Numbered from the stretch's first letter, positions 19,951-30,541 are shown. The stretch is DNA of 64,000 nucleotides from a bacterium (GCA_016699595.1 CP064982.1:11647-75646); one strand, 5' to 3'. Notes: generated by a model from the letters alone, not told the origin. Made by a program: numbers and translations.

Positions 19951-20298
19951 ATGTCAATCCTTGGTTTCTCTGATGAACAGAAAGATCAAGTTTATCCAGA
20001 ACAACAAGAAGTGTTGTTTGACAAATTGTTAGCTGGTGCAAATCTCTCAGACAGAGAAGAAGCTTTGCTAGTTTCCTCCAAAGAGCCTTTGTTCGATATT
20101 GTCGATATTATCGACAAAAAATATACAGACAAAGAGGCTTTGACAAATATCATCTTCTCTACATTGCATGAAGTAAATTCTTTCATATTTGATTTTCTTG
20201 TAGGGAATGCAGATGAAGCTCAACTAGCAGAGATTGTAGCTTATATGAAAGAATATGTAGCTCAAGCTGAGAAAAATGAATCTCGACAACAAAGTTGA
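19951..20298 (+). CDS. hypothetical acidic protein
   Basis: 115-aa ORF. Confidence 0.35.
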   Translation: MSILGFSDEQKDQVYPEQQEVLFDKLLAGANLSDREEALLVSSKEPLFDIVDIIDKKYTDKEALTNIIFSTLHEVNSFIFDFLVGNADEAQLAEIVAYMKEYVAQAEKNESRQQS

Positions 20299-20405
20299 TT
20301 CGTTGGAATTCTTCATCTAGACAAACTTTCTTTTGCAAAAGTTCATGTGTTTTGATACACTTGCTTTTGCTACTCTCATAGAATTACTTTTTTGATATCA
20401 TCTAG

Positions 20406-21905
20406 ATGTCCACTATTTACAATAAACATAGACCAAAAATATTTGACGACTTACTTGGTCAAGATCATATCACTCAAGTTCTCAAAGCTCAAATCAAGCA
20501 AAAAGATTTTTCACATGCATATATTTTTGAAGGTCCAAGAGGTTGTGGAAAAACTAGTGCTGCTCGGATTTTTGCCAAAGCAGTCAATTGCCTAACCCCA
20601 AAAAATGGAGAACCTTGTTTGAAGTGTGATATTTGCAAAAGTTACGAGGAAGGGAGTTTCGTAGATATAGTGGAATTTGATGCTGCCTCAAGAAGGAAAA
20701 TAGAAGATGTCGAAGGATTCAAAGACATGGTGAACTACAAGCCTGCTATTTCTGAATACAAAGTATATATAATTGATGAAGTACATATGCTTACAGACAC
20801 TTCATTCAATGCATTGCTCAAAACCATTGAAGAACCTCCTGAATACGTAATCTTCATCCTATGTACTACTGATGTGCAAAAAGTACCTGTAACGATCCAG
20901 TCAAGATGTCAACAATTTCATTTTCGCCTAGCAGGTGATACTGAACTTGAAAAGAAACTGAAGAAAGTTTTGCAAAATGAAAAGTTGGATATCGAAGAAA
21001 AGGCACTTCAGCTTGTCATAAGAGCAGCAAATGGAAGTTTTCGTGATGCAGAATCTATACTTCAAAAGCTGATTACTACTTCAGATATTTCGGATGATAA
21101 AAAAATCACATATGATGAAGTTATTTTCAAACTAGGATTGCCGAATGAAGATAGCATGCTTAGCATACTTATAAAATTACAAGAAGCTGATTTTGATTCT
21201 GTCATCTCATCAAAAGAAGAGGTTTTGAAGACTATCTCTGTAGAAAATATGGTAGTTAGTTTGATAAATTTCCTAAAGTTCAATTCCATTTTTGATATTG
21301 AGACAAGATTCAAGGTGCTGGAGTTATTTTTAGAATTGAGGTCCAAAATGAAATCATCGCAAAATTCATCTGATTGGTTTGATGTGTATTTATGGAAAGT
21401 TTTCAAAATTACTAATAGTACCAAAGATAAGCCAAACTTGAATAGCTTTTCGGGGACTGACATTACGCAAAAAGAAATGTCAAATGATGTTTCAAGTGGT
21501 GAACTAGGAAATAATGCTTTAGAAGAGATCCAAGATATCAAAAATACTACAAACAAAGATAATGCTGCTAGTAATGTAGATGTTTCTCACAATAATGTAA
21601 CTATAATTATGGATGAGGTAAAAACTAAACTTGTATCTGGGTTGAAAGAAACTGATAGTAGATTGTCAGAATATCTTACCGGTGCTGTGATAAAGGAGTA
21701 TGCACAAGGAACCTTGACAATTGCTGTGAAATCAAAGTACATCAAAAGTGTGCTTGAAATAAAACGAAATTTTGATAAGATACAGGACATTGTTTCTGAG
21801 TATATCACTGATTTTGGTAAACTAAATGTGATAGTTGACAAAAGCATTGAAAATACTGACGAGGTGATAGATATAAAGGAAATATTTGGTGAAGTAATCG
21901 CGTAA
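20406..21905 (+). CDS. dnaX: DNA polymerase III subunit gamma/tau
   Basis: Walker A GPRGCGKTS, zinc module CLKCDIC, clamp-loader AAA+ core, SRC arginine motif. Confidence 0.85.
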   Translation: MSTIYNKHRPKIFDDLLGQDHITQVLKAQIKQKDFSHAYIFEGPRGCGKTSAARIFAKAVNCLTPKNGEPCLKCDICKSYEEGSFVDIVEFDAASRRKIEDVEGFKDMVNYKPAISEYKVYIIDEVHMLTDTSFNALLKTIEEPPEYVIFILCTTDVQKVPVTIQSRCQQFHFRLAGDTELEKKLKKVLQNEKLDIEEKALQLVIRAANGSFRDAESILQKLITTSDISDDKKITYDEVIFKLGLPNEDSMLSILIKLQEADFDSVISSKEEVLKTISVENMVVSLINFLKFNSIFDIETRFKVLELFLELRSKMKSSQNSSDWFDVYLWKVFKITNSTKDKPNLNSFSGTDITQKEMSNDVSSGELGNNALEEIQDIKNTTNKDNAASNVDVSHNNVTIIMDEVKTKLVSGLKETDSRLSEYLTGAVIKEYAQGTLTIAVKSKYIKSVLEIKRNFDKIQDIVSEYITDFGKLNVIVDKSIENTDEVIDIKEIFGEVIA

Positions 21906-22033
21906 TATATGAACTTTTCAATTCTCTAGTTACTTTGTGAATTGACGAGAAATCCAAATATTCAAACATTCAGACATTCAAATATTTAAATATTAAAATT
22001 TGATCCCTGTCACCAAAGGGATGAACAAAACTT

Positions 22034-22357
22034 ATGGCTCTAAATTTAGGTGGTATTGGAGGTATGAAAGATGCCTTCAAAGCTGTACAAGAAGCAAAAA
22101 AAATGGAAGCACAGATGAAAACTCAAAGATTCTCTGGGTCTTCAAAGTCAGGGAAAGTCAATGTTGTCATAAATGGTTTGCAACAAGTTATTGAACTGCA
22201 TATAGAAGATGAGCTTTGCAATCCTCAGATGAAAGATTTGATGGTCAAACAAATTCTCGAAGCTATGGAAGATGCAAGAAAATCTTTTGAAAAAGATATG
22301 GCAAAAAATATGGACTTGGGACAACTTAAAGAAATGCTTGGAAATATGGGTAGCTAA
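22034..22357 (+). CDS. ybaB: YbaB/EbfC nucleoid-associated protein
   Basis: GGIGGMKDAFKAVQEAKKMEAQMK ... KVNVVINGLQQVIELHIED; sits in the dnaX-ybaB-recR context. Confidence 0.8.
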   Translation: MALNLGGIGGMKDAFKAVQEAKKMEAQMKTQRFSGSSKSGKVNVVINGLQQVIELHIEDELCNPQMKDLMVKQILEAMEDARKSFEKDMAKNMDLGQLKEMLGNMGS

Positions 22358-22363
22358 AATTGT

Positions 22364-22981
22364 ATGACTTTACCAGCAAATTTAGAAAATTTATCAGAGA
22401 GTTTGGCATCTTTGCCAGGTATTGGTCGAAGAATGGCTAGTAGAATCGCTATACATTTGTTTAGGGATAAAGTTGTATCTCAAAACTTGATACATGAAGT
22501 ATTGGAGCTCGATAAATTGAAGTTTTGTAATAAGTGCGGGATAGTGTCAGATTTTGAAACTTGTGAAGTGTGTAGTGGTGAAAGGTTGGCCAAGATAATG
22601 GTTGTAGAAGAGTATTTTGATGTTGTCAGCATAGAGGAAGTGGGCGAATATGAAGGTTATTACTTTATCCTGGGGGGTTTACTATCTCCACTGAAAGCAA
22701 TTATGCCAGAAAATCTTCGGATAGGTGCTTTGATTTCAAGAGTAGCTGAATTGTTGGAAAATTCTACTGAACTTGAAGTTATTTTTGCTTTAAATCCTTC
22801 TTTTGAGGGTGAAACTACTATAAATTATCTTAAACAAGAATTGCTTGAAAAAACTAGTAAAGATCGTCGAAGTATGCTACAATTCACAAGGCTTGGAATA
22901 GGTTTACCAAAAGGTTCGGATTTAGACTATGCTGATACTGAGACTCTCAAATATGCTTTGAAATTGAGAGGGGAGGTATGA
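22364..22981 (+). CDS. recR: recombination protein RecR
   Basis: HhH LPGIGRRMASRIAIHLF, a C4 zinc finger CNKCG...CEVCS, and a Toprim domain. Confidence 0.9.
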   Translation: MTLPANLENLSESLASLPGIGRRMASRIAIHLFRDKVVSQNLIHEVLELDKLKFCNKCGIVSDFETCEVCSGERLAKIMVVEEYFDVVSIEEVGEYEGYYFILGGLLSPLKAIMPENLRIGALISRVAELLENSTELEVIFALNPSFEGETTINYLKQELLEKTSKDRRSMLQFTRLGIGLPKGSDLDYADTETLKYALKLRGEV

Positions 22982-22991
22982 AATTTATCAA

Positions 22992-23327
22992 ATGAAAAGT
23001 TTCAAAGGGTGCATTCTGCGTATGGTTTTAATTGGTGCGCTAACTGTCAGGACTTATAACTATATCAATCATGAGGCAGGCGTCAGATTGTTTCGAGGTT
23101 TGTGCGAGAGGCATAATGTTGGAGTAGATTGTGAGGTATATGCAAAAGAAATTACTCATACTTGCAATTTTACTTTATTGGGATTGGGTTTGGATATTCT
23201 TGATCAAAATGATGATTTGGAAAGTTGTGTACAAGACGAAGGTCCAGCTATAATTGACAAATTAAGACAAGATGATGAATGGCCATGGCCTAATTTCATT
23301 CAACCCAAGGACATCAGATCGTTATAA
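22992..23327 (+). CDS. hypothetical Cys-containing small secreted protein
   Basis: 111 aa, N-terminal hydrophobic segment, 6 Cys. Confidence 0.35.
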   Translation: MKSFKGCILRMVLIGALTVRTYNYINHEAGVRLFRGLCERHNVGVDCEVYAKEITHTCNFTLLGLGLDILDQNDDLESCVQDEGPAIIDKLRQDDEWPWPNFIQPKDIRSL

Positions 23328-23543
23328 AAAAATATTTACTTAGCTCTTGAGCTATAGTTAATTATCAAAATTCATGTTTGTATGAAGAGAAAATATCAAC
23401 TAGAGATATTTATATAGCTTGAAGAATATCTTAGCTGATAAATTATTGCAAACTAGCTTCTATACTAGTTTTGTTGGTTGGTATATCTCGCTTGTACTTC
23501 AGTTAAATTGTATAAATAACTTATCTCGGAGGAATAAAAACTT

Positions 23544-24974
23544 ATGAAAATTACTTTTGCGGGAGCTGCACATATGGTGCTAGGATCCTGCTACTATGTT
23601 GAGACTGAGTCTCAAAAATTTTTGGTGGATTGCGGAATGTTTCAAGGTCCACAAATAGATTATCACAATTATGAAGATTTCCCTTTCAATCCAGCGGAAC
23701 TTGACTTTGTGATACTTACTCATACACATATAGATCACTCAGGACTTTTGCCGAAACTTTCGAGGCAAGGGTTTATGGGAAAATTGTATTGCACACCAAA
23801 TTCTGCAAGATTGGCAGAATTGTTGTTGCTTGATTCTGCAAAGATTCAAGAGTCAAATTTGAAAAACTACAACAAAGAAGCAGCGTTGAGTATAAATTCA
23901 AATTCCGATGAAGCTGACAAACATTCTACAAAAGCTGAGTTTATTTACTCTACTGCAGATGCAATGTCTACATTGCAACAGATTGAAGCACACGAATATA
24001 ACGAAGATGTCAATATATCTGATACTCTAACTTTCAAATTTGTAGATGCTGGTCACATACTTGGTGCTGCATCTATCCAAATGACATATGTAGAAAATGG
24101 CGAAACAAAAAGGATACTTTTCTCGGGTGATATTGGGCACAAAGGACAAGGTTTGATATCTTTCTTTGCTCCTGCACATGGGTTTAAGCCAAATACTATT
24201 TTGATGGAGGGAACATATGGAGGAAAGTATCACGAGAATAGAACTGATACCGTGAACAAACTAATTGACATTATCCAAGAAACTACAAAACGAGGTGGAA
24301 ATGTGATCATTCCAGCATTTGCAGCACAAAGAACTCAAGAATTGCTGTTTGAACTAAAGAAGGCAAAGATGTTCAACAAGCTGCCTTACGGTCTTGAAGT
24401 TTATGTAGATGCACCACTAGCAACGAAGATAACTGATGTTTATCAGAAATCTTGGCATTATATGAATGCAGAGACAAAGATGTTTTTTGAGAATGGTGAT
24501 AATGCTTTCAATTTTCCAATGTTGTACTTCACTAGAAATTTCAGGGATTCTCAATTTTTAAACAAGAAAAGAGGGATCGTCATCATCTCCGGATCAGGTA
24601 TGTGTAACGGAGGGAGAGTCCTTCATCACTTGGCATTCAACATTCACAACCAAAAAAATTCTGTAGTCTTGGTAGGTTATCAAGCTGAAGAAACTTTGGG
24701 TAGGGAGCTTGCTGATGGCGCAAAGGAGATAGTTATAGACAAAAGAAAGTATCCGGTTAATGCTGAAATACATAGACTTTTTGGCTTTTCCGGTCATGCT
24801 GATAATGGTGGATTGATGGAGTTTTTTAAGCAATATCATTTTGAGAATTTGAAAAATGTATTTATAGTACATGCTGATGTTCCTCAAGGTGAAGCTCTAG
24901 TCACAGAAATCCAAAACTTAGATCCAAATTTGAATGTAAGATATCCTACGCTCAAAGAAACAGTAGAAGTTTAG
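23544..24974 (+). CDS. MBL-fold beta-CASP ribonuclease (RNase J/CPSF-like)
   Basis: Motif HTHIDHSG (HxHxDH), upstream VDCGMFQG, size 476 aa; GGAGGA RBS 8 nt upstream. Confidence 0.65.
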   Translation: MKITFAGAAHMVLGSCYYVETESQKFLVDCGMFQGPQIDYHNYEDFPFNPAELDFVILTHTHIDHSGLLPKLSRQGFMGKLYCTPNSARLAELLLLDSAKIQESNLKNYNKEAALSINSNSDEADKHSTKAEFIYSTADAMSTLQQIEAHEYNEDVNISDTLTFKFVDAGHILGAASIQMTYVENGETKRILFSGDIGHKGQGLISFFAPAHGFKPNTILMEGTYGGKYHENRTDTVNKLIDIIQETTKRGGNVIIPAFAAQRTQELLFELKKAKMFNKLPYGLEVYVDAPLATKITDVYQKSWHYMNAETKMFFENGDNAFNFPMLYFTRNFRDSQFLNKKRGIVIISGSGMCNGGRVLHHLAFNIHNQKNSVVLVGYQAEETLGRELADGAKEIVIDKRKYPVNAEIHRLFGFSGHADNGGLMEFFKQYHFENLKNVFIVHADVPQGEALVTEIQNLDPNLNVRYPTLKETVEV

Positions 24975-25087
24975 TCTTCTGCTGTTTCTAGTACTCTCAT
25001 TTATTTTCCTTTGAAATAGAGACCTTTTTTGCAAGTCAAAATAATGGTGAACTTCGCTGTGATCATTTACCTAAAGCATGTTTTTAT

Positions 25088-25116
25088 TTGCAATAGTGAG
25101 ATGGTTTTGGTATAAT
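25088..25116 (+). promoter_or_regulatory. sigma70-like promoter TTGCAA-N17-TGgTATAAT (extended -10)
   Basis: TTGCAA at 25088-25093, a 17-nt spacer, TATAAT at 25111-25116 preceded by TGG; ~38 nt upstream of the ATG at 25155. Confidence 0.45.
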
Positions 25117-25154
25117 TTGGTAATTTAAATACAAATACACTGCGATTAAAATTT

Positions 25155-25472
25155 ATGGCTCCAATTACAAGTAAAGATAGGGGATCATATACACCGAATA
25201 AACAACAAATTGTGAATGTAAACTTTCCATCGTTTTTGGCACCAAACGCACTCACAACAGTTGCAAGTGTTCTCTTGAAGATAGGCTATCCAGATGTGTC
25301 CCAATTTGTCAATGAAATAGCCGGTTTGAATCCGGCTAAATCATGTCTTCCAAGACAATATGATGTCGTAGATAAAGTAGAAAAAATACACTTATCAAGG
25401 CATTATGTGGAGTTCAACAAGCAAGATATAGAGAAGGTGATTTACACCTTTCTACAGACTCAGGAAAGTTAA
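25155..25472 (+). CDS. hypothetical protein
   Basis: 105-aa ORF behind a near-consensus promoter. Confidence 0.4.
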   Translation: MAPITSKDRGSYTPNKQQIVNVNFPSFLAPNALTTVASVLLKIGYPDVSQFVNEIAGLNPAKSCLPRQYDVVDKVEKIHLSRHYVEFNKQDIEKVIYTFLQTQES

Positions 25473-25504
25473 TTTGTCTAGTACATGCCCATAGTCCGAA
25501 TCCT

Positions 25505-26179
25505 ATGCCCGGGCAAAAAGATGAGATTGATTTCATGTTTGCTGATGATCCAACCGTAATTGGTTGGCACAATGATTTTCTGAAGCATTTCTCGTTTGAA
25601 GGACAACTTAACTATCATCCAAAAGTTTCAAGGCTTGGCATGATCCTGCCGGGTGAGGAGTTGATGGCTAAATATGGTTACGAAAAACTAGTTGCCCCTG
25701 TAAAAGGGATAATGTTGTTATTATACTTACAAGCAGTTTCAAGGGTACTGGACAAAAGACCCCACATTTTGAGTCAAGGCAATTTGCATCCGCTACCACC
25801 TATTCAACAAAAAATCAATGAAGATATACAGAAGACTAGAGCAGTCATTGCTGAAATCGTACAGGACGGGATTACTATCGCTTCAGAATCTTTAGCAAAT
25901 CAAGCATCTGAAGGACAAGTTCTTGATCAAGACAAGGCTTTGGCTATTGCCTTGACTATAGCTATGTTGCATGTCACAGCTTGTGGGTTACGTTATGGTG
26001 AAAGTAATGTACTAAGCGGATATGTCGATTTAACAAAAGGTTTTCAAGCTAGGGTAGCAGTCCCAGTGATAGATATAGTTGAGAAAGAAGTGGTTGTGAC
26101 AGAAGTCACTACTAATAGACCTAATCCAAATAGGCAGAGGCGAAAAATTTTTGCTAAATTATTAGGTGCTAGAAATTAA
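25505..26179 (+). CDS. hypothetical protein
   Basis: 224-aa ORF; no recognised domain. Confidence 0.4.
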   Translation: MPGQKDEIDFMFADDPTVIGWHNDFLKHFSFEGQLNYHPKVSRLGMILPGEELMAKYGYEKLVAPVKGIMLLLYLQAVSRVLDKRPHILSQGNLHPLPPIQQKINEDIQKTRAVIAEIVQDGITIASESLANQASEGQVLDQDKALAIALTIAMLHVTACGLRYGESNVLSGYVDLTKGFQARVAVPVIDIVEKEVVVTEVTTNRPNPNRQRRKIFAKLLGARN

Positions 26180-26251
26180 GGCTACCTGTAGCACTGGATA
26201 AACTATCTCACTTTGTTGTAGTGAGAGCTTCTACTTCACAGTTAGTATCGA

Positions 26252-28144
26252 TCAATCTGAGCTCCTTTGTAGGAGAGCTTGCAGTGCAATGTCGAGTGAT
26301 GCCTTCTTTTCACTGGTTGCAAGTTTCTCCATAACCGCAGTGATTCTTTTTTGAAGATCTGCCCAGAGATCGTCATTCTTATTCTTAGTCATTACATATC
26401 CCAGACCTACCAATATCTTGTCTATAGCATGTATCCTGGCAGCGATAAGTTTACTGTCGTACGCATTTTGATTTTTGTATTGACTAAGTAGTCCATCTAT
26501 TTTGGATTCAATTAGATCAACAATTGCTTTAATTTTTTCAATATCCGTGATAGACAGCTTCTCAACAATGCCAGGAAGTTTTTTGGAGACAGCAATGATA
26601 GTGTCTGGGCTATCATCTCTGGGGAAAAATATTCTTTGTGTAACATCGGAGATGTATCCTGCAAATAGATCTCTTCCGTCAAGCATAGAAACTAAATCTC
26701 TGATACTTGTAGGAAATGGCCTTAGTGCTTTACCTGATATATCTATATTGCCCAATTGTTTTTTGATGATCTCTAGTAGGTTTTCCTTTTGTTCTCTCGT
26801 GAATAGTTTGATTGTATCGGCAAGAGTATAAAAGTTGCTTGCTGGGAAGATTGATGCTTTCCCAGTTTCATCAAATAAAGCTTGCTGAACCATTGTTGTC
26901 AAATCAGCATACAATACCTCGCCAATCGAGTTCTTATCGACTATGTTTAATTGTTGCAAAACTACAAGATATGAACTATCTTCATTTGCTATTTGCCGCA
27001 AAAGGTTGATGTGTGATGTCTCTAAGTGCAAAGCACTTAGAGAGTCATTTTTTGACTGAAATTCAGGCATGTATCTCAGAAACTGATCTATCAAATCAGG
27101 CAAATCCATACCAAATAGTACTCGAGAGAATTCACGCTTTGTCGCTAATGTATCGGGATCAGTATTTACTGGATTGAAAATATTGTCGGGTGCATTACGA
27201 TAATTCCTAAGAGTTTCATTGAAAGAATGATTTAATCGAGGATCGTTTGAAATCTTCAAATATTCTCGATCGTTGAAAGTATAAGCTATCAGCTTTGCAA
27301 GTTTTTTAGGATCACTTAAACATTCTGACAGAATCAATAAATTCAAAAAATGTCTTCTGTTACTTTTGTCGTCGTAAATTTTCGGATTGCTGAGATTTTG
27401 GAGAACTTCGTCTCTCAATACACCAAGGTTACCTTCTTTCGTAAGTCCGAATAAAAGAAGTGTTATGTGTGATTTACTTACATAGTCGGGATTACCTGAG
27501 AGTGATAATCTTCTAACTTCGTCATCTCTATAAACACTCAATGCCTCAGTTGGTCTGTTTCTTTGCATCGCACGCTTGTATGACATATGGGAGACAGTTA
27601 AAGATACTGTAAATACAACAATTTCTGGTAAGAAATATAATAAGTTTGGATTGTCAAACTTATTAGACTGATATATCCCCACAATACTTGTCACAAGCAG
27701 TGATAACGACAATTGCAAGGCACAATAAAGTGCTTTGTATGAAAGTCGAGAAGATTCAAGTTGATCTCGTAGGCCACCGGTCAATGCTTTTGCCATGGTC
27801 TTCCCTCTGATGTGTAAATTTAGTATATCTATGGATCTTTGAACTGCTAAGATAGTTTCACTATCTAGCTCTTGCTGTGAATCACTATTTCTAGATGGAT
27901 CGATATTATTTAGATGGTACTGTGCACGAAAAAAAGCTATAGATACAGGAATGATTTGCGCTATTCGCTCTAAGGGATAGAATGGATTTTCGACATATGA
28001 GATTTCGTGTCGTACAAGATGTAAGACAAGTTCCTTAGTAGCTAAGGCAAATGCTCGGGCATCTTGATAGTTTTGTCTGATTACTTCACTATGAGAAGTC
28101 ATATTGTATTGTATCACACTGGTCGAGATTATGCAACATAGCAA
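26252..28144 (-). CDS. large hypothetical membrane protein (two TM helices near residues 150-190, then a ~440-aa soluble region)
   Basis: 630-aa ORF with no known motifs; divergent from the pilin-like cluster. Confidence 0.5.
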   Translation of the reverse strand: MLCCIISTSVIQYNMTSHSEVIRQNYQDARAFALATKELVLHLVRHEISYVENPFYPLERIAQIIPVSIAFFRAQYHLNNIDPSRNSDSQQELDSETILAVQRSIDILNLHIRGKTMAKALTGGLRDQLESSRLSYKALYCALQLSLSLLVTSIVGIYQSNKFDNPNLLYFLPEIVVFTVSLTVSHMSYKRAMQRNRPTEALSVYRDDEVRRLSLSGNPDYVSKSHITLLLFGLTKEGNLGVLRDEVLQNLSNPKIYDDKSNRRHFLNLLILSECLSDPKKLAKLIAYTFNDREYLKISNDPRLNHSFNETLRNYRNAPDNIFNPVNTDPDTLATKREFSRVLFGMDLPDLIDQFLRYMPEFQSKNDSLSALHLETSHINLLRQIANEDSSYLVVLQQLNIVDKNSIGEVLYADLTTMVQQALFDETGKASIFPASNFYTLADTIKLFTREQKENLLEIIKKQLGNIDISGKALRPFPTSIRDLVSMLDGRDLFAGYISDVTQRIFFPRDDSPDTIIAVSKKLPGIVEKLSITDIEKIKAIVDLIESKIDGLLSQYKNQNAYDSKLIAARIHAIDKILVGLGYVMTKNKNDDLWADLQKRITAVMEKLATSEKKASLDIALQALLQRSSD

Positions 28145-28297
28145 TCGCTTAGTATCTTGAGCTTCTTAAAACTTTCTAAACTATATCCAAAGTATATCCT
28201 AATTTCATTTGAAACTTGTTTCTAGACTTGATAAACTTAGTCTATAAATTTCGTCAAACAGCTTTCAAAAAACACTGCTTACTCTATTGTTGAAGTC

Positions 28298-28867
28298 ATG
28301 ATATCTGTAGTTCTCGTAGGTGTTTTTTTGTCAGCGACATTTGCTCTTTTCAACAGATCTTTGATCTTGGCACAAAAGATTGAGCAACAAAATTTGGCAA
28401 ACCAAGCACTTACAAGCACAGTTTCGAATATCCAAAATATCTTGGAATTGCATACTGATATACCTGCGAATTATTTAGAGAGCTACTTGCAAGATGGAGT
28501 ATTGTTCGCTGATAGTGTAGAGGAAATTGTTGATAATGGAAGAACGACGGTGAAACATATATACAAGAGATCAGCTACGGAAATAAATGGAGATAATTGT
28601 ACTGAGGGGATATTGGAAGAGTATAAGTATCCTGTTGATTTGAACAAGAAACCTCAGTTTCCAATATGTGTTCAAATCTTTTTGAAAGAAGTTGCTAATT
28701 CGAAAAATACATACTGTTATGGTATAAAAGCACTGACCAAGGTATCATCCGACGAGGTGTATACAAACCTCGTGAATGGTATTTTGACAAGCAAGATGTT
28801 GCCTGATACTGGTGGATTTTCTGTCTTTGGTCATGCATCTTCAAATAATTTCGGATGTCAATTTTGA
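28298..28867 (+). CDS. type IV pilin/pseudopilin-like protein; the conserved prepilin N-terminus lies upstream of this ATG (frame open from 28247)
   Basis: The upstream in-frame sequence encodes ISSNRLSKNTA|YSIVEVMISVVLVGVF, a class III signal with Glu at +5. Confidence 0.5.
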   Translation: MISVVLVGVFLSATFALFNRSLILAQKIEQQNLANQALTSTVSNIQNILELHTDIPANYLESYLQDGVLFADSVEEIVDNGRTTVKHIYKRSATEINGDNCTEGILEEYKYPVDLNKKPQFPICVQIFLKEVANSKNTYCYGIKALTKVSSDEVYTNLVNGILTSKMLPDTGGFSVFGHASSNNFGCQF

Positions 28868-29469
28868 CCTTGAAGAACAAAAAAGCATTTAGTGTTTTGG
28901 AAGTATTGATCAGCGTGGCACTTTTCGGTATGTTGATAACTGGTTTACTTATGAGTCTTACAGTTTTGCTAAAGGTTAGTTTCAAGAATAATTTAAGAGT
29001 TCAGGTAAACAACGAATTAGACTTAGTTCTTTCAAATATGCAAAAAGATTTCTCGGCAGCTGATTATGTTTTTCCTTGTGGTGATAATATAAATGTTATA
29101 GATGTTTTTGGTACAAATTGTGTTAGATTCATCAAAAACAATAGGCAATATATGTGGCTTTGGGATGGAACGACAAATAAGTTTGTCAAACGGACCTGGA
29201 ATGGTATTCCTACGAGCATAAATCCTCTGAGTTATGAAGAGAAGTATGCAACTAGTGATAATGTTAGAATTGTGCCTGCCAACCAGGCATTTAAATTATA
29301 TGTTTATAGGACAATAAAGCCTGATGGTAGCGTTGTAGAGAGAAATGTATCTTTGATTGTCGCTTTTCGTGCAGAATCAGAATTGAGAGAACCTGATACA
29401 TATGATCCGCTGATTTCCAATATTTTCAGACAATCAATTTTAGGGACTAAGAATATGGATTATTTATAA
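28855..29469 (+). CDS. type IV pilin/pseudopilin-like protein
   Basis: MSILTLKNKKA|FSVLEVLISVALFGMLITG prepilin-type N-terminal cleavage/methylation domain. Confidence 0.6.
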   Translation: MSILTLKNKKAFSVLEVLISVALFGMLITGLLMSLTVLLKVSFKNNLRVQVNNELDLVLSNMQKDFSAADYVFPCGDNINVIDVFGTNCVRFIKNNRQYMWLWDGTTNKFVKRTWNGIPTSINPLSYEEKYATSDNVRIVPANQAFKLYVYRTIKPDGSVVERNVSLIVAFRAESELREPDTYDPLISNIFRQSILGTKNMDYL

Positions 29470-29485
29470 AATTATCAAATACACT

Positions 29486-30541
29486 ATGAGAATTTCATTG
29501 TACGAAAAAAATGCCCAAACACTTATAACGGTATTGATCTATATAGCGATATTTGGAGTAATAGCTACTGCTACTGCAATTTTGATTTTGAATTTGTCGA
29601 AAGTAGCTGAGATGCAGGAGAACAAATCAAGGTCAACTTCGTATGGTCAAGAAAAGGTAAAGCAGCTAATATCTGCTCAAGAGGATATTTTTTTTACAAC
29701 TGGAGTCAGCAATGCTGAGATCACTGCGATAGGACAATCTATATTTGGTGGAGAGGTGCAGAATTGTGAGTATATAAGTGATCCTTTGGCTATGTCTTTC
29801 AGTTGTGATATGAAAGATGTTACTTCAAACAAAACTTTGACTTGCAAGAAATTTTCAACTAAGTTTCTCAAAAGGCTGAAAATAGATAAAGATGAATCAA
29901 TTCCTATAGATTTGGATCCAGCAGCTGTTGGTAGTACTTTGATCGGTTTTGAGGGGATTTCTGCCTTTAAATTGGATTTGATAACTTATGATTCACTTAA
30001 TGATGAATACAAAAATTACTCAATGGGCTTCACATCCAACTTGCGTAGTGGTTTTCCTGTAGCTCCGGGAACGACTGCTCCAAATTATGATAATGTAGGT
30101 CTTGCCAATATTGTTTCTTCGAATATGATATTTTGGCCAGCTAACTTAGCCGCTGAAAGATATTTTAGACCTTTTGTAACTTCTTCCAGTTTCTCAGATC
30201 AATACATGTTAGATTTAACTCCTGATTATGTAACAAAATTAGATATTCACAGGCTTTTTGATGTGTGGGCAAATCCGGGAGTGCCAATGCAGGTGTTTAT
30301 TACCCCCATGTCTAGCGATGGCTTTATCAGTATAGAAGAAGTTTCCGATCCGACGGGACTTATCTCGAAAGTAGAATGTGAAGTTTTGGACTTTGCAGGA
30401 TCGACAACTGAAATGGGAAATACTGTAGCTACAAAGGTAGAAGCTGAATTTCTGACAAATGGAACAAGGCTAGGTATTATGAATTATGGATTTGGGCTAT
30501 ACAATCCTGATCCAGCAATCAGGGTTACACTAGACAAGTAA
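29486..30541 (+). CDS. pilin-like/minor pilin candidate
   Basis: EKNAQ|TLITVLIYIAIFGVIATA hydrophobic N-terminus resembling a prepilin helix (no Glu at +5); 351 aa. Confidence 0.4.
   Translation: MRISLYEKNAQTLITVLIYIAIFGVIATATAILILNLSKVAEMQENKSRSTSYGQEKVKQLISAQEDIFFTTGVSNAEITAIGQSIFGGEVQNCEYISDPLAMSFSCDMKDVTSNKTLTCKKFSTKFLKRLKIDKDESIPIDLDPAAVGSTLIGFEGISAFKLDLITYDSLNDEYKNYSMGFTSNLRSGFPVAPGTTAPNYDNVGLANIVSSNMIFWPANLAAERYFRPFVTSSSFSDQYMLDLTPDYVTKLDIHRLFDVWANPGVPMQVFITPMSSDGFISIEEVSDPTGLISKVECEVLDFAGSTTEMGNTVATKVEAEFLTNGTRLGIMNYGFGLYNPDPAIRVTLDK

Noticed and set aside
20392-20595. 67-aa ORF overlapping the dnaX start
   Set aside because: It lies in an alternate frame of the dnaX 5' end and the dnaX N-terminus is conserved. 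Spurious.
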